Assembly: GCA_963719495.1 (NCBI GenBank)
Contig: CAVRCI010000002.1
Coordinates: 256,001 to 320,000 of the forward strand
Source: an uncultured Verrucomicrobiae bacterium
GTDB lineage: Bacteria > Verrucomicrobiota > Verrucomicrobiia > Chthoniobacterales > JAATET01
Length of the DNA stretch: 64,000 nt
Direction: 5' to 3'
Shown here: positions 1-9,299 of the stretch, piece by piece
How the letters are laid out: the number at the start of each line of letters is the position of its first letter
How positions within the stretch are numbered: position 1 is the first letter of the stretch
Position numbers and translations under genes: made by a program
Notes under the pieces: model-generated
The model's database searches: none
Told to the model about the DNA's origin: nothing
The model's input: only the letters and a program-made list of their open reading frames with translations

Positions 1-1003
1 CGCCGAAGACGGCTTGGATGGCTCGGGTTTCGGAGGTGTCGTTGACTTTGGTGGAGCTGGCGTGGGCGTTGATGTGGTCGATCTCGTCGGGATTGACGCG
101 GGCGTCGGCGAGGGCGTGGCGGATGGTGCGGATGCCGGGTTCGCCGGTGGGGTGGGGCGACGTCATGTGGTGGGCGTCGTTGTTGAGCGAATAACCGAGG
201 ACTTCGGCGTAGATGTGGGCGCCGCGGGCTCGGGCGTGCTCGTATTCTTCGATGACCAGGGAGGCGCCGCCTTCGCCCATGACGAAGCCGTCGCGGTGGA
301 GGTCGAAGGGGCGGCAGGCGGTCGGCGGCGTGCCGCGGCTCATGGTCTTGATGAAGTCGAAGGCACCGTAGCTCAGGGGGCTGAGCGGGGATTCGGCGGC
401 TCCGGCGACGATGACGTCGGCCATGTCGTCGCGGATGTAGCGGAGGGCTTCGCCGATGGCGATGGGGCCGGAGGCGCAGGAGTTCGAGTTGGTCGTGCCG
501 ACGCCTTGGAGGCCGAATTCGATGGCGATGTTGCTGTGGGCGGAGCCGCCGAAGACCTGGAGGGCGAGGAGTTGATTGACGGCGCGGGGGCCGCCTTCGA
601 GGAATTTTTGCTTTTCGGCTTCGGCGTTGGAGATGCCGCCAAGGGCGGTGCCGAAGCTGACGCCGACGCGGTCCTGGGGGGTGTCGGGGGAATAGGTGAG
701 TCCGGCGTCGGCGAGGGCTAGGTGGGCGGAGGCAACGGCGAATTGCGCGTAGCGGTCGAGGCGCTTGAGACGGTTGGGCGCGAAGAACTGGCTGGGATCG
801 AAGTTGTCGACCTGGCCGGCGCAGCGGGCGCGGAAGTCGGTGGCGTCGAAGCGGGTGAGGGGGCCAATCCCGGATCGCTCGGCGAGGAGGCCTTGCCAAA
901 GGGCTTCGCGACCGATGCCGATGCAGGTGATGGGGCCGAGGCCGGTGATGACGGCGCGTTTGCGCTGGTGAGCGGTGACTGGTGACTGGTGAATGGTGGG
1001 CAC
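1..1003 (-). CDS. fabF: Beta-ketoacyl-ACP synthase II (KAS II / FabF family), 3' end outside window
   Basis: Minus-strand translation from GTG at 1003 gives RKRAVITGLGPITCIGIG and TTNSNSCASG (catalytic Cys). It runs off the window edge and is absent from the ORF track. Confidence 0.9.
   Translation of the reverse strand, partial: MPTIHQSPVTAHQRKRAVITGLGPITCIGIGREALWQGLLAERSGIGPLTRFDATDFRARCAGQVDNFDPSQFFAPNRLKRLDRYAQFAVASAHLALADAGLTYSPDTPQDRVGVSFGTALGGISNAEAEKQKFLEGGPRAVNQLLALQVFGGSAHSNIAIEFGLQGVGTTNSNSCASGPIAIGEALRYIRDDMADVIVAGAAESPLSPLSYGAFDFIKTMSRGTPPTACRPFDLHRDGFVMGEGGASLVIEEYEHARARGAHIYAEVLGYSLNNDAHHMTSPHPTGEPGIRTIRHALADARVNPDEIDHINAHASSTKVNDTSETRAIQAVFG
967..1000. repeat. Heptamer tandem array GGTGA(C/G/A)(T/C) x4 ending in GGTGGG
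   Basis: GGTGAGC GGTGACT GGTGACT GGTGAAT GGTGGG; read as HQSPVTAHQ at the FabF N-terminus. Confidence 0.85.
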
Positions 1004-1102
1004 TGCGGGGCGGGCGTCTTTTGGTGGCTTGGGCGGGCTGGGTGTCGGTCTCGTTCTGGGAGAAGAAGTGGGAACGCGGCGGCGCGCCTTCCCTACCTTG
1101 CG

Positions 1103-1543
1103 TTAGGTTCTCGCCTCCAGGTGGGTCTTGAACGTTTTGAGGGTTTTGTGGGCGATGTTGTCGATGAAGAAGCCGCCGATGATGGGTTCGGCGATCTTCG
1201 CCAGAGCCGGGATTCGGAAGTCGAGGACGTGGATGATGGTGACCAGGGTGCCTTCGGGTCTTTCTTCGAAGGTCCAGACGACGGTCATGCCTTTGGTGAA
1301 GGCTTTGAGGTGGTTGAAGTGGATCTCGAGCTTCTCGCGGTCGATGATTTGTTCGGACGTCCATGCGATGGGGATGCCGTCGCGGTGGGCGGCCATTTTG
1401 ACGATGTGGCGGTCGTCGCCGCGCTCGAGGTAGTCGATGTAGCGGTAGTGCGGGAGGATGGCGGGCCAGCGGGAGAGGTCCGACGTGCAATCGAAGATGT
1501 CCTGCTTGGGGGCGCGGATGACGATGGTGGAACTGGTGTTCAT
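1103..1543 (-). CDS. SRPBCC / polyketide cyclase-dehydrase family protein
   Basis: MNTSSTIVIRAP...DLSRWPAILPHY...GMTVVWTF, a START-fold pattern; ATGA overlap with the upstream stop. Confidence 0.85.
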   Translation of the reverse strand: MNTSSTIVIRAPKQDIFDCTSDLSRWPAILPHYRYIDYLERGDDRHIVKMAAHRDGIPIAWTSEQIIDREKLEIHFNHLKAFTKGMTVVWTFEERPEGTLVTIIHVLDFRIPALAKIAEPIIGGFFIDNIAHKTLKTFKTHLEART

Positions 1544-2226
1544 TCGGCGTTGATCAGGTAGTGGCAGAAGGCCTCGCCAGCGTGGATTTCGAGTCTTACG
1601 AGTTTCGCCCGGGTGATGCGTTGAAGAAATTCCGGATTCGTGCCGGTGAGGGTGGGCGCTTCGCCGCCGCCGAAGATGAGGGGGGCGCGGGTGAGGTAGA
1701 GTTCGTCGAGGGCGTCGAGTTCGATGAGGGTGCGCAGGAGGGTGGGGCCACCCTCGCAGACGAGGGTGCGGACGTCGCGTTCCCGGCGGAGGAAGCGGAG
1801 GACCGCGGCGGTGTCGACGGCGTCGGCGGCGGTGAGGTGGAGGGTGGCATGGGGAGCGAGTTGGTCGCGGAGGGTGGCGGGCATTTTCTCCGTGCTGAAG
1901 AGGATTCGCTCGGAGGTGCCGCCGTGGAAGAGCTTCCACTCGGGATCGAAGTGGCCGGAATTGCTGAGGACGGCTCGGATCGGCTCGGGGGATTGGCCGC
2001 GGGCGGTGCGTTGTTTTTGCAGGGCCTTTCCCGGGAGGTTCATGCTCATGCTGTCGGCTTCGAGGGTGCCGCGGCCAACGAGGAGGGCGTCGCCGAGGGA
2101 GCGGATGCGGAGGAGTTCGTTGAAGTCGCGCTTGGAGGTGAAGCCGGTGGGGGTGTGGTTGCGGGTCGAGATCTTGCCGTCGGCGGTGACGGCGAAGTTG
2201 GCGAGGACGCGGGGGCGGTCTTTCAC
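1540..2226 (-). CDS. RibD C-terminal / dihydrofolate reductase-like NADPH reductase
   Basis: RPRVLANFAVTADGKI, LLVGRGT, LVCEGGPTL, DELYLTRAPLIFGG. Confidence 0.88.
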   Translation of the reverse strand: MKDRPRVLANFAVTADGKISTRNHTPTGFTSKRDFNELLRIRSLGDALLVGRGTLEADSMSMNLPGKALQKQRTARGQSPEPIRAVLSNSGHFDPEWKLFHGGTSERILFSTEKMPATLRDQLAPHATLHLTAADAVDTAAVLRFLRRERDVRTLVCEGGPTLLRTLIELDALDELYLTRAPLIFGGGEAPTLTGTNPEFLQRITRAKLVRLEIHAGEAFCHYLINAE

Positions 2227-3239
2227 GCTTCGGGGTGGTGGGCGGCGTCGGCGGTGACGGCGTCCATCTCGGCGACGGCGGCGTGGGTGGCGGGGCGGCG
2301 GTAGGTGAGGTAGACGAGGCCGCCGACGAGGCTCCAGATCACCATCATGAGGTAGCCGAGCAGGGAGATAAGGACGGCCTGGGGGCGGGGAATGGCGTAG
2401 AGGGAATTGAGGAGCTGCTCGAAAATTTGTTCGCGAACGCCGATGCCCGAGAGGCTGATCGGGATGGAGGTGATGGCGTTGACGATGGGCATCACCGAGA
2501 AGGTGTCGAGGAGCCCGAGAGCGCTGCCGAGGGCGCGGGCGGCGAAGTAGAACGTGATGAAGATGAGGAGGTGGCTAACGACCGAGATCGCGAAGGTCGA
2601 GAGCAGGGCGAGGGGGGCGCGGGCGTAGCGTTCGGTGGCGACGGCGAGGTCGACGAGGCCGGTGCGGAAGGGCAGTTTGGCCGGGAGGCGGTCCTGGAGG
2701 TGGAAGATGGAGATCGCGGCTCCGACGGCGACCATTCCCACGCCGCCGCCGAGGATGAGGACGAGGGTGCCGAGCATGGCCTGGGCGATGGGGGTGCTCA
2801 TGAGGACGTCGAAGCGGAGGGCGACGACGACGAGGGCGACGAGGCAGAGGGCGAGGAGGCCGACGACGCGGTCGACGACGATGCTGAGGAAGGCGGCGGC
2901 GCGGGCGGTGGGGGATTCGCGGACGGCGTAGTAGATTTTGGCGACGTCGCCGCCGGTGGCGCCGAGGAGGAAGAGATTGAAGAACGCGCCGATGAAGTAG
3001 AGTTGGACGGTGCGCCACCACGCGAAGTCGATGCCGACCGCGCGCAGGAGGATGTGCCAGCGGGCGGCTTGCAGGAAGAGGGCGATGCCGGTGGCGGCGG
3101 CCCCGGGGATGAACCACCAGAGGTTCGCGGCGCGCAGGGCGTCGGCCATGAGGGTGCGCTTGGCGGGATCGTGGAAGATCCAGGCGATGAGCGCGAGCGA
3201 GACGAGGATCTGGAGGGTGGCAACGAGGGCGCGCTTCAC
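2223..3239 (-). CDS. Lysylphosphatidylglycerol synthase TM-region (UPF0104, flippase-like) membrane protein
   Basis: RW..LL, FFNLFLLGATGGDVAK, DRVVGL, PISLSGIGVRE; many TM helices; GTG at 3239 overlaps the upstream TGA. Confidence 0.87.
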   Translation of the reverse strand: MKRALVATLQILVSLALIAWIFHDPAKRTLMADALRAANLWWFIPGAAATGIALFLQAARWHILLRAVGIDFAWWRTVQLYFIGAFFNLFLLGATGGDVAKIYYAVRESPTARAAAFLSIVVDRVVGLLALCLVALVVVALRFDVLMSTPIAQAMLGTLVLILGGGVGMVAVGAAISIFHLQDRLPAKLPFRTGLVDLAVATERYARAPLALLSTFAISVVSHLLIFITFYFAARALGSALGLLDTFSVMPIVNAITSIPISLSGIGVREQIFEQLLNSLYAIPRPQAVLISLLGYLMMVIWSLVGGLVYLTYRRPATHAAVAEMDAVTADAAHHPEA

Positions 3240-4150
3240 GCGCCGAATTCGGTTCGCCAGCGGTCGGCGGCTTCGACGATGTCGGACGCTTCTCGCTTGG
3301 GATGGAGTTCGATCACCCAGGGAATGTCCTTCGGAAAATGCGGCACGAGGGCGTGGTAGTCGATTTCGCCGGAAAAGGGAACCCGGTGATCTTCGAGCGG
3401 CCACTGGGCGTCGTGGAGGTGGCAGCCGATGGCCCGGGAGCCGATGGTGCGCAGCCAGGTTTCGTGGTCGAGGAAGGAGAGGTTTTCCTTCCGCTGGGCG
3501 TGGCCGAAGTCGTGCCAGTAGCCGCAGGTGGGGCCGAGTTCGTCGAGGAAGGCGGGGAATTCGCGTTCGGAGGGGATGGCTTCGTAGCTGTCGCGGTTTT
3601 CGATGCCGAGGCGGATGCCGCGCTCGCCGGCGTAGTCGACGACGGGCTTGAGGGCTTCGAGGACGCGGCGGGTGGATTCGAGGGAGAGGGACTCGCGCTC
3701 GAGGACGCCTTTGAGTTTCGTTTCGGCGTAGGACTTTTTGAGGTAATCGCCGGCGTGAACCATCTTGCCGAGGCCGCGGGTGAAGCCCTTCATTTTGCTG
3801 ACGGAACCGGAGTGGATGACGATGCGGGTGGCGCCCACGCGTTGGGCGTAGTCGATGGTCTGGAGCGACATCTTGATGGCGCGCTGGCGGACTTCGTCGC
3901 GGGAGGAACTGAATTCGTAGCAGTCGGGCGAGTCGGTCATGACCTCGACCGGCTGGGGGCAGAAGTTGTGCAGGCTGGTGAAGGTGACTCCGCCGCGCTC
4001 GGCGAATTTGAGAATGCCTTCCATCATGGAGACGTTGAGGCCGTGGCTGAGCTCGATGTGGTCGAATCCGAGGTCGACGATTTCCTGGAGCATCGTATCG
4101 CCGTCGGTGTGGCGGCTGGAATTCCAGCAGGTGGAGAGGGCGAGGGTCAT
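3236..4150 (-). CDS. Sugar phosphate isomerase/epimerase (AP endonuclease 2 TIM barrel)
   Basis: SLHNFCP, GIRLGIENR, WHDFGHA, CHLHDA, DH..P..GEID, WVIELHP metal motifs. Confidence 0.85.
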   Translation of the reverse strand: MTLALSTCWNSSRHTDGDTMLQEIVDLGFDHIELSHGLNVSMMEGILKFAERGGVTFTSLHNFCPQPVEVMTDSPDCYEFSSSRDEVRQRAIKMSLQTIDYAQRVGATRIVIHSGSVSKMKGFTRGLGKMVHAGDYLKKSYAETKLKGVLERESLSLESTRRVLEALKPVVDYAGERGIRLGIENRDSYEAIPSEREFPAFLDELGPTCGYWHDFGHAQRKENLSFLDHETWLRTIGSRAIGCHLHDAQWPLEDHRVPFSGEIDYHALVPHFPKDIPWVIELHPKREASDIVEAADRWRTEFGA

Positions 4151-4154
4151 GGTG

Positions 4155-4186
4155 GGTCGGAAGGTCGGAAGGTCGGAAGGTTGGGA
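4155..4186. repeat. Octamer tandem array GGTCGGAA x3 + GGTTGGGA
   Basis: Direct reading; lies 4 nt upstream of the ATG of the minus-strand TIM-barrel gene. Confidence 0.85.
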
Positions 4187-4200
4187 GTCTTTTGGTCTGG

Positions 4201-5460
4201 CTAGAGCGATGGGATCTGTTTGGCGGCGGATTCGCCTGAGGCCATGGCGGATTCGATGCTGCAGGATTGGATTTGGTCGCCGGTCAGGATGACGTTGGCT
4301 GGTTTTGGTGGATTGGGGAAATTTGCTGCGTAGCCGGGGGGTTGGATGGGTTGGGCGTAGGGGACGTGGGTGGTGTGGATCGGGGTGAGGGCTCCGATCG
4401 CTTCGGGGAAAATGGTTTCGATCTCGGTGCGGGCGGCGGCGGTGAGGGCGGTGTCGTCGAGGCCGCGGCGGTCGAGGAGGGTGGCGCTGATGAGGTGCTG
4501 GCCGTCGGGGGCCAGTTCGGGTGCGACGTTGGTGAGTTGGACGAGGTGGCGGACGAGCCGGTTGGGGCCGGCCGGGAGGACGAGGAGGGCTCCGGTGTAG
4601 AGGGGGCGGGTCGAACGGAAGTAAACCGCGGTGACGCCGCGGGCGGGACGGGCTTCGGTGGGGTCGAGGCCGAGGAGGTGGCGGGTGGCGGGTTCGTCGG
4701 TGGCGAGGAGAATGGCGTCGGCGGGGAGAGATTCGCCTGCGGTGGTGATGGCGGCGGTGGCTTGGTTGCCGGAGACTTCGAGGCGGTCGATTCGGGTCTC
4801 GAGGCGGACGCGGGTGGAGGGAAGGGATTCGGCGAGTTGGCGGGGGATTTCGCCGATGCCTCGGGCCGGGATGAGCGCGCGTCCGGTGGCGAATTTTTTA
4901 AGGTAATAACAGAAGAGGCTCGCGGACGTCCCGAGGTCGTTGTCGAGGAAGACGCCGCCGAAGAACGGTTGGGCGAAGCGGCGAACGAACGTTTCCGAGA
5001 AGCCGAGTCGGGTGAGGAGTTCGGCGGTGGACCCGTCGCTGGTCGAAGCGCCGCGGGCCAGGATGGCGTCGTCGGAGTGGACGATGGTGCTGGCGAGCAG
5101 GGCCGTGAGGTGGAGCTTGTCGGCGAAGGGGAGCGCCGGGTCGAGGGCGGCGGAGAGTGCGCCGGTCGGGTGACGCAGGGGATGGAGGATCCGGAAGAAG
5201 TCGCCGTCGTCGTGCAGGAGAGCACCGGAGTCGAAGTAGCGGGGACGGAGGCCGGGGATGTCGAGGTGCCGTCGGGCGGTCGGGTAGGAATCGAGGAGGA
5301 CCTGGAAGCCGCGGTCGAGTCGGTAACCTTCGATCTCGTCGGTGCGCACGCGGCCCCCGGGGGCGTCGGCGGCGTCGACGAGGAGGTATTCTTCGCCGGC
5401 GGCTTGGAGGGTTTTGGCCGCGACCAGTCCGGCGAGTCCGGCTCCGACAATGAGAATCAT
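4201..5460 (-). CDS. Flavin-dependent oxidoreductase (amine oxidase / phytoene desaturase-like)
   Basis: IVGAGLAGL, GGRVRTD..EGYRLDRGFQVL, C-terminal GD...SIESAMASG. Confidence 0.88.
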   Translation of the reverse strand: MILIVGAGLAGLVAAKTLQAAGEEYLLVDAADAPGGRVRTDEIEGYRLDRGFQVLLDSYPTARRHLDIPGLRPRYFDSGALLHDDGDFFRILHPLRHPTGALSAALDPALPFADKLHLTALLASTIVHSDDAILARGASTSDGSTAELLTRLGFSETFVRRFAQPFFGGVFLDNDLGTSASLFCYYLKKFATGRALIPARGIGEIPRQLAESLPSTRVRLETRIDRLEVSGNQATAAITTAGESLPADAILLATDEPATRHLLGLDPTEARPARGVTAVYFRSTRPLYTGALLVLPAGPNRLVRHLVQLTNVAPELAPDGQHLISATLLDRRGLDDTALTAAARTEIETIFPEAIGALTPIHTTHVPYAQPIQPPGYAANFPNPPKPANVILTGDQIQSCSIESAMASGESAAKQIPSL

Positions 5461-5640
5461 TGCGACGACGGTATTGAGCTGGGCGGGAGGGACAAGCGGG
5501 AAGTGGGCGCACGGGACGCCTGTTGGTCATTCCGCAGGGCGCACCTTGCCTTTGACCGGCCGCCCGTGTAGCTGTGTCGCGATGGTTGGCTGGAACAAGC
5601 GCAAAATTCAGAGAGAGGCGCGTGAGTGGGTTTGAAAGGC

Positions 5641-6342
5641 ATGTTCCGGATCTTCAAGCGGGAGCCTCGCGCCGAGGTGCCGTTGCCGACGGGGCCGGTG
5701 CGAGTGGTCATTTTCGATTTTGACGGAACGCTGGCCGATACGTTCCGAGCGGGGTTCGAGATTCTCAACGAACTGGCGGAAGAATATGGGTATCGCCCTC
5801 TGCGTGAGGAGGATATCGAAGGGGCTAGAGATTTTTCGACTCGGGGATTGATGCGGCATTTGGGAGTCAAGGCACGGAAATTGCCGGCGATATCGCGTCA
5901 GGGCGTGAAGCGCTTGCGGACGCGAATTCATTCGATTCAGCCGCTACCCGGCGTCCCGGAAATGCTGCGAACGTTGCGCGATCGGGGGATTCGGTTGGGG
6001 GTGGTGACTTCGAATTCCGAAGAGAACGTTGGGATCTTTGCGAAGAATCACGGATTGGAGGTGTTCGAGTTCGTGCGGAGCGCGTCGCGGCTGATGGGGA
6101 AGGGACGCGAGATTCGGCAGGTGATGCGGACGCAAGGTTTTGGGATCGAGGATGCGCTTTACGTCGGCGACGAGACGCGGGACATCGAGGCGTGTCGGAC
6201 GGTGGGGATGAGGTGCGCGGCGGTGACGTGGGGATACAACTCTCGACGAGCATTGGAGGAGCAGGTTCCCTATTGCCTGCTGGACAGCCCGGCGGAATTG
6301 CTGACGCTCATCGACTCGCTCACCAGCCCCGAAAAATCATGA
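5641..6342 (+). CDS. HAD-superfamily hydrolase (phosphoglycolate phosphatase-like)
   Basis: FDFDGTLADT, VTSN, YVGDETRDIEA, AVTWGYN; alternative GTG start at 5626. Confidence 0.9.
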   Translation: MFRIFKREPRAEVPLPTGPVRVVIFDFDGTLADTFRAGFEILNELAEEYGYRPLREEDIEGARDFSTRGLMRHLGVKARKLPAISRQGVKRLRTRIHSIQPLPGVPEMLRTLRDRGIRLGVVTSNSEENVGIFAKNHGLEVFEFVRSASRLMGKGREIRQVMRTQGFGIEDALYVGDETRDIEACRTVGMRCAAVTWGYNSRRALEEQVPYCLLDSPAELLTLIDSLTSPEKS

Positions 6343-6983
6343 AAATCTCCCTTGCCCGCCTCGCTTTCGTCGGAATTGCCCTCGCCGTGACCGGCTGTGG
6401 AACCGTGTATTACTCCTCCCTCGAGAAATTCGGGATCGAGAAGCGTGACCTGTTGGTCGATCGGGTGGAGTCGGCTCGGGACGCTCAGACTCAGACGCAG
6501 GAGACGTTTGCGAGCGCGCTGGAAGCGTTCACCGATTTGACCGGGACGGATGGCGGCGACCTCGAGCGGACCTACGACCGACTGAATGCGGCCTACGAGG
6601 CGAGTCGGAGTTCGGCGAAGCGGGTGTCGGATCGGATCGACTCGGTCGAAGACGTGGCGGAAGCGCTGTTTCGCGAGTGGAAGGGGGAGCTGGGGGACTA
6701 CAGCAACGAAAGCTTGCGGCGGCAGAGCGAGCGGCAGTTGGCTGAGACGAGGTCGAGTTACGCCGAGATGATGCGGAAGATGCGGCGGGCGGAGGCGAGC
6801 ATGTCGCCGGTGCTGGAAGCGTTCGAGGATCAGGTGCTCTTTCTGAAGCACAACCTCAACGCCCGCGTGATCGCGGGACTCGACTCGGAGGTTCGTTCGA
6901 TTCGCGGTCAGGTGGACGCGCTGATTCGCGAGATGGAAGTCTCGGTTGCCGAGGCGAACGCGTTCATTGCGCGGATGCGCTGA
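6339..6983 (+). CDS. DUF2959-family lipoprotein (helical)
   Basis: Lipobox AVTGC, then YYSSLEKFGIEKRDLLVDRV...QVLFLKHNLNA. Confidence 0.82.
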   Translation: MKISLARLAFVGIALAVTGCGTVYYSSLEKFGIEKRDLLVDRVESARDAQTQTQETFASALEAFTDLTGTDGGDLERTYDRLNAAYEASRSSAKRVSDRIDSVEDVAEALFREWKGELGDYSNESLRRQSERQLAETRSSYAEMMRKMRRAEASMSPVLEAFEDQVLFLKHNLNARVIAGLDSEVRSIRGQVDALIREMEVSVAEANAFIARMR

Positions 6984-7010
6984 GGGTGAGGCGCAAGCCC
7001 GAAGGTTGGC

Positions 7011-7589
7011 TCAGTCTTCGGGTGGGCCGACGATTTTTTTGAGCTTCATCATGCCGCGGCGGATGCGGGCTTTGACGGTGCCGAGGGGCTCCTCGAGCTG
7101 CTCGGCGATTTCGTTTTGCGTGAGGCCTTTGAAGTAGGCCATTTCGATGACGGTGCGCTGCTCGGGGCTGAGCTTGCCGACGGCCTCGCGGACCATGTCG
7201 CCCTGCTCGAAGGCGTCGACGTCATCGGATGGGGCTCGGTTGTTGACCGTGTCTTCGGGGAGTTGCTCCTTGCCGGCTTCTTCGCGGAGGCGAAAGCGGC
7301 GTTGGTGCGAGCGAATCCGGTCGATCGCCTTGTTTCGGGTCATCGTGACCGCCCACGTGAGCGGCTTGCCGCGGGCCGGGTCGTACATTGCGGCCTTGTC
7401 CCAGATCATGACGAAGACTTCCTGGGCGACATCCTCGGCGTCGGTTGCGGAATTGAGGACGCGGAGCGCGGTCGAGAAGATGATGCCCGCGTAGCGGTCG
7501 TAGAACGTGGCGAACGCGTCGCGGTCCCCCCGACCGACTTGTTGAAGCAGGGCGATTTCTTCGGACTTTTCGAAGCGTTCAGCGGCCAC
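7011..7589 (-). CDS. ECF RNA polymerase sigma factor (SigK-like)
   Basis: DAEDVAQEVF, TRNKAIDRIR, AYFKGLTQNEIAEQLEEPLGTVKARIRRG. Confidence 0.93.
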   Translation of the reverse strand: MAAERFEKSEEIALLQQVGRGDRDAFATFYDRYAGIIFSTALRVLNSATDAEDVAQEVFVMIWDKAAMYDPARGKPLTWAVTMTRNKAIDRIRSHQRRFRLREEAGKEQLPEDTVNNRAPSDDVDAFEQGDMVREAVGKLSPEQRTVIEMAYFKGLTQNEIAEQLEEPLGTVKARIRRGMMKLKKIVGPPED

Positions 7590-7687
7590 GGCAGACTCCC
7601 ATGGGCCTTAACATGACGCGAAATCCGGAAAGTGCGAGCTTGGTATTAGAAAAATTAATAGCGAAACGATTTCCGGGGATGGTGGGA

Positions 7688-8962
7688 TCAGGCGGCGAGC
7701 GCGGCGACGGCGACTTCGGCGGTGCGGGTCATGTCCGCGTCCGTGTGGGCGAGCGAGATGAAGCCCGCTTCGAATTGGGACGGGGCGAAGTAGACGCCGG
7801 CTTCGAGGCAGGCGTGGAAGAAGCGGTTGAAGGCTGGTTTGTCGCAGCGCATGGCGTCGTCGAGGTTGCGGATGGGGCCGGGGTGGAAAAAGAGGCAGAA
7901 CATCGAGCCGATGCGGTGAAACGTGAGCGGTTTGCCCGCGATGGCCGAGCGGACGGCGGCTTCGAACGTCGCGCCGATTTTCTCCAGCTGATTCCAGCCG
8001 TCGACGCGTTCCATTTCCCGCAATTGCGCGAGGCCCGCGGCGAGGGCGAGGGGATTTCCCGACAGGGTGCCCGCTTGGTAGACGGGGCCGTCCGGGGACA
8101 GGTGATCCATGATGTCGGCGCGGCCACCGAAGGCTCCAACGGGCAGGCCGCCGCCGATGACCTTGCCCATGGCGGTGAGGTCGGGGCGGATGCCGCAGAT
8201 CTCCTGGTAGCCGCCCGGGGCGACGCGGAAACCGGTCATCACCTCGTCGAAAATGAGGAGCGTGCCCGATTCGTCGCAGAGGGTGCGGAGCGTTTCGAGG
8301 AAGCCGGGCTCCGGCAGGTAGAGGCCCGCGTTCGCCGGGATCGGTTCGATGATGACGGCGGCAATGTCGCGGCCTTCGCGCTGAAAGACGGCGCGGAGGG
8401 CGTCGGGGTCATTGTAAGGGACGGTGGTGGTGAGTTCGGCGAGGGCGGCGGGGACGCCGGCGCTGTCGGGTTGGCCGTGGGTGAGGGCGCCGGAACCGGC
8501 TTTCACGAGCAGCGAGTCGACGTGGCCGTGGTAGCAGCCCTCGAACTTGAGAATCCGGTCGCGACCGGTGAAGCCGCGGGCGAGCCGCAGGCAGCTCATC
8601 GTCGCTTCGGTGCCGCTGTTGACCATCCGGACTTTTTCGACCGACGGGACGAGACGGGTGATGGTGCGGGCCATTTCGACCTCGAGCGGGTTGGGGATAC
8701 CGAAGGACGTGCCACGGGTCGCGGTCTGCTGGACCGCTTCGACGACGACGGCGGGCGCGTGGCCGAGGATCGCGGGTCCCCAGGTGCCGACGTAGTCGAT
8801 GTATTCGTTGCCATCCACGTCACGCACGCGGCAGCCGGAGGCGGATTCGGCGAAAAACGGCTCGCCGCCGACCGAGCGGAAGGCGCGGACCGGGGAATTG
8901 ACGCCACCGGGGATGTGGGCGAGGGCGGCGGCGAAGAGTTCGCGGGATTTGGCGTTATTCAT
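7688..8962 (-). CDS. hemL: Glutamate-1-semialdehyde 2,1-aminomutase
   Basis: IPGGVNSPVRAF, FEGCYHGH, DEVMTGFR, GKVIGGGLPVGA, YQAGTLSGNP. Confidence 0.98.
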   Translation of the reverse strand: MNNAKSRELFAAALAHIPGGVNSPVRAFRSVGGEPFFAESASGCRVRDVDGNEYIDYVGTWGPAILGHAPAVVVEAVQQTATRGTSFGIPNPLEVEMARTITRLVPSVEKVRMVNSGTEATMSCLRLARGFTGRDRILKFEGCYHGHVDSLLVKAGSGALTHGQPDSAGVPAALAELTTTVPYNDPDALRAVFQREGRDIAAVIIEPIPANAGLYLPEPGFLETLRTLCDESGTLLIFDEVMTGFRVAPGGYQEICGIRPDLTAMGKVIGGGLPVGAFGGRADIMDHLSPDGPVYQAGTLSGNPLALAAGLAQLREMERVDGWNQLEKIGATFEAAVRSAIAGKPLTFHRIGSMFCLFFHPGPIRNLDDAMRCDKPAFNRFFHACLEAGVYFAPSQFEAGFISLAHTDADMTRTAEVAVAALAA

Positions 8963-9176
8963 CGAACGGAATGACTTCGAGGTTGGGAATGTGGTTGAAA
9001 TGGCGGTCGGTCGTCAGCACTGGAACGCGTGAGCGGACGGCGCACGAGGCGATGAGAATGTCCTGGGCGGGAAGGGTGATGCCAGAACGGTCGAGGGTCC
9101 AGGCAAGATCGGTCGCGAGCGCCCGGACTCGGTGGTCGATCACGAGATTGCACGAGACGTCGAAGAAAGCCGCCAA
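8955..9176 (-). pseudogene. C-terminal fragment of a PIN-domain (VapC-like) protein
   Basis: LAWTLDRSGITLPAQDILIASCA...VLTTDRHF..IP.L matches the VapC C-terminal half; the N-terminal catalytic strand is not recognisable in frame. Confidence 0.65.
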
Positions 9177-9299
9177 GCCAGCGAATGACGGGATGGGGAA
9201 AAGTTTTGCGGAGCAAACCTCGCTCGTCGCCGGTTCACGATGCAGAGACTCACGATGCCGAGGCTTGCTTTCGTTGGTGGGGCCTAATAGTGGAGATCC

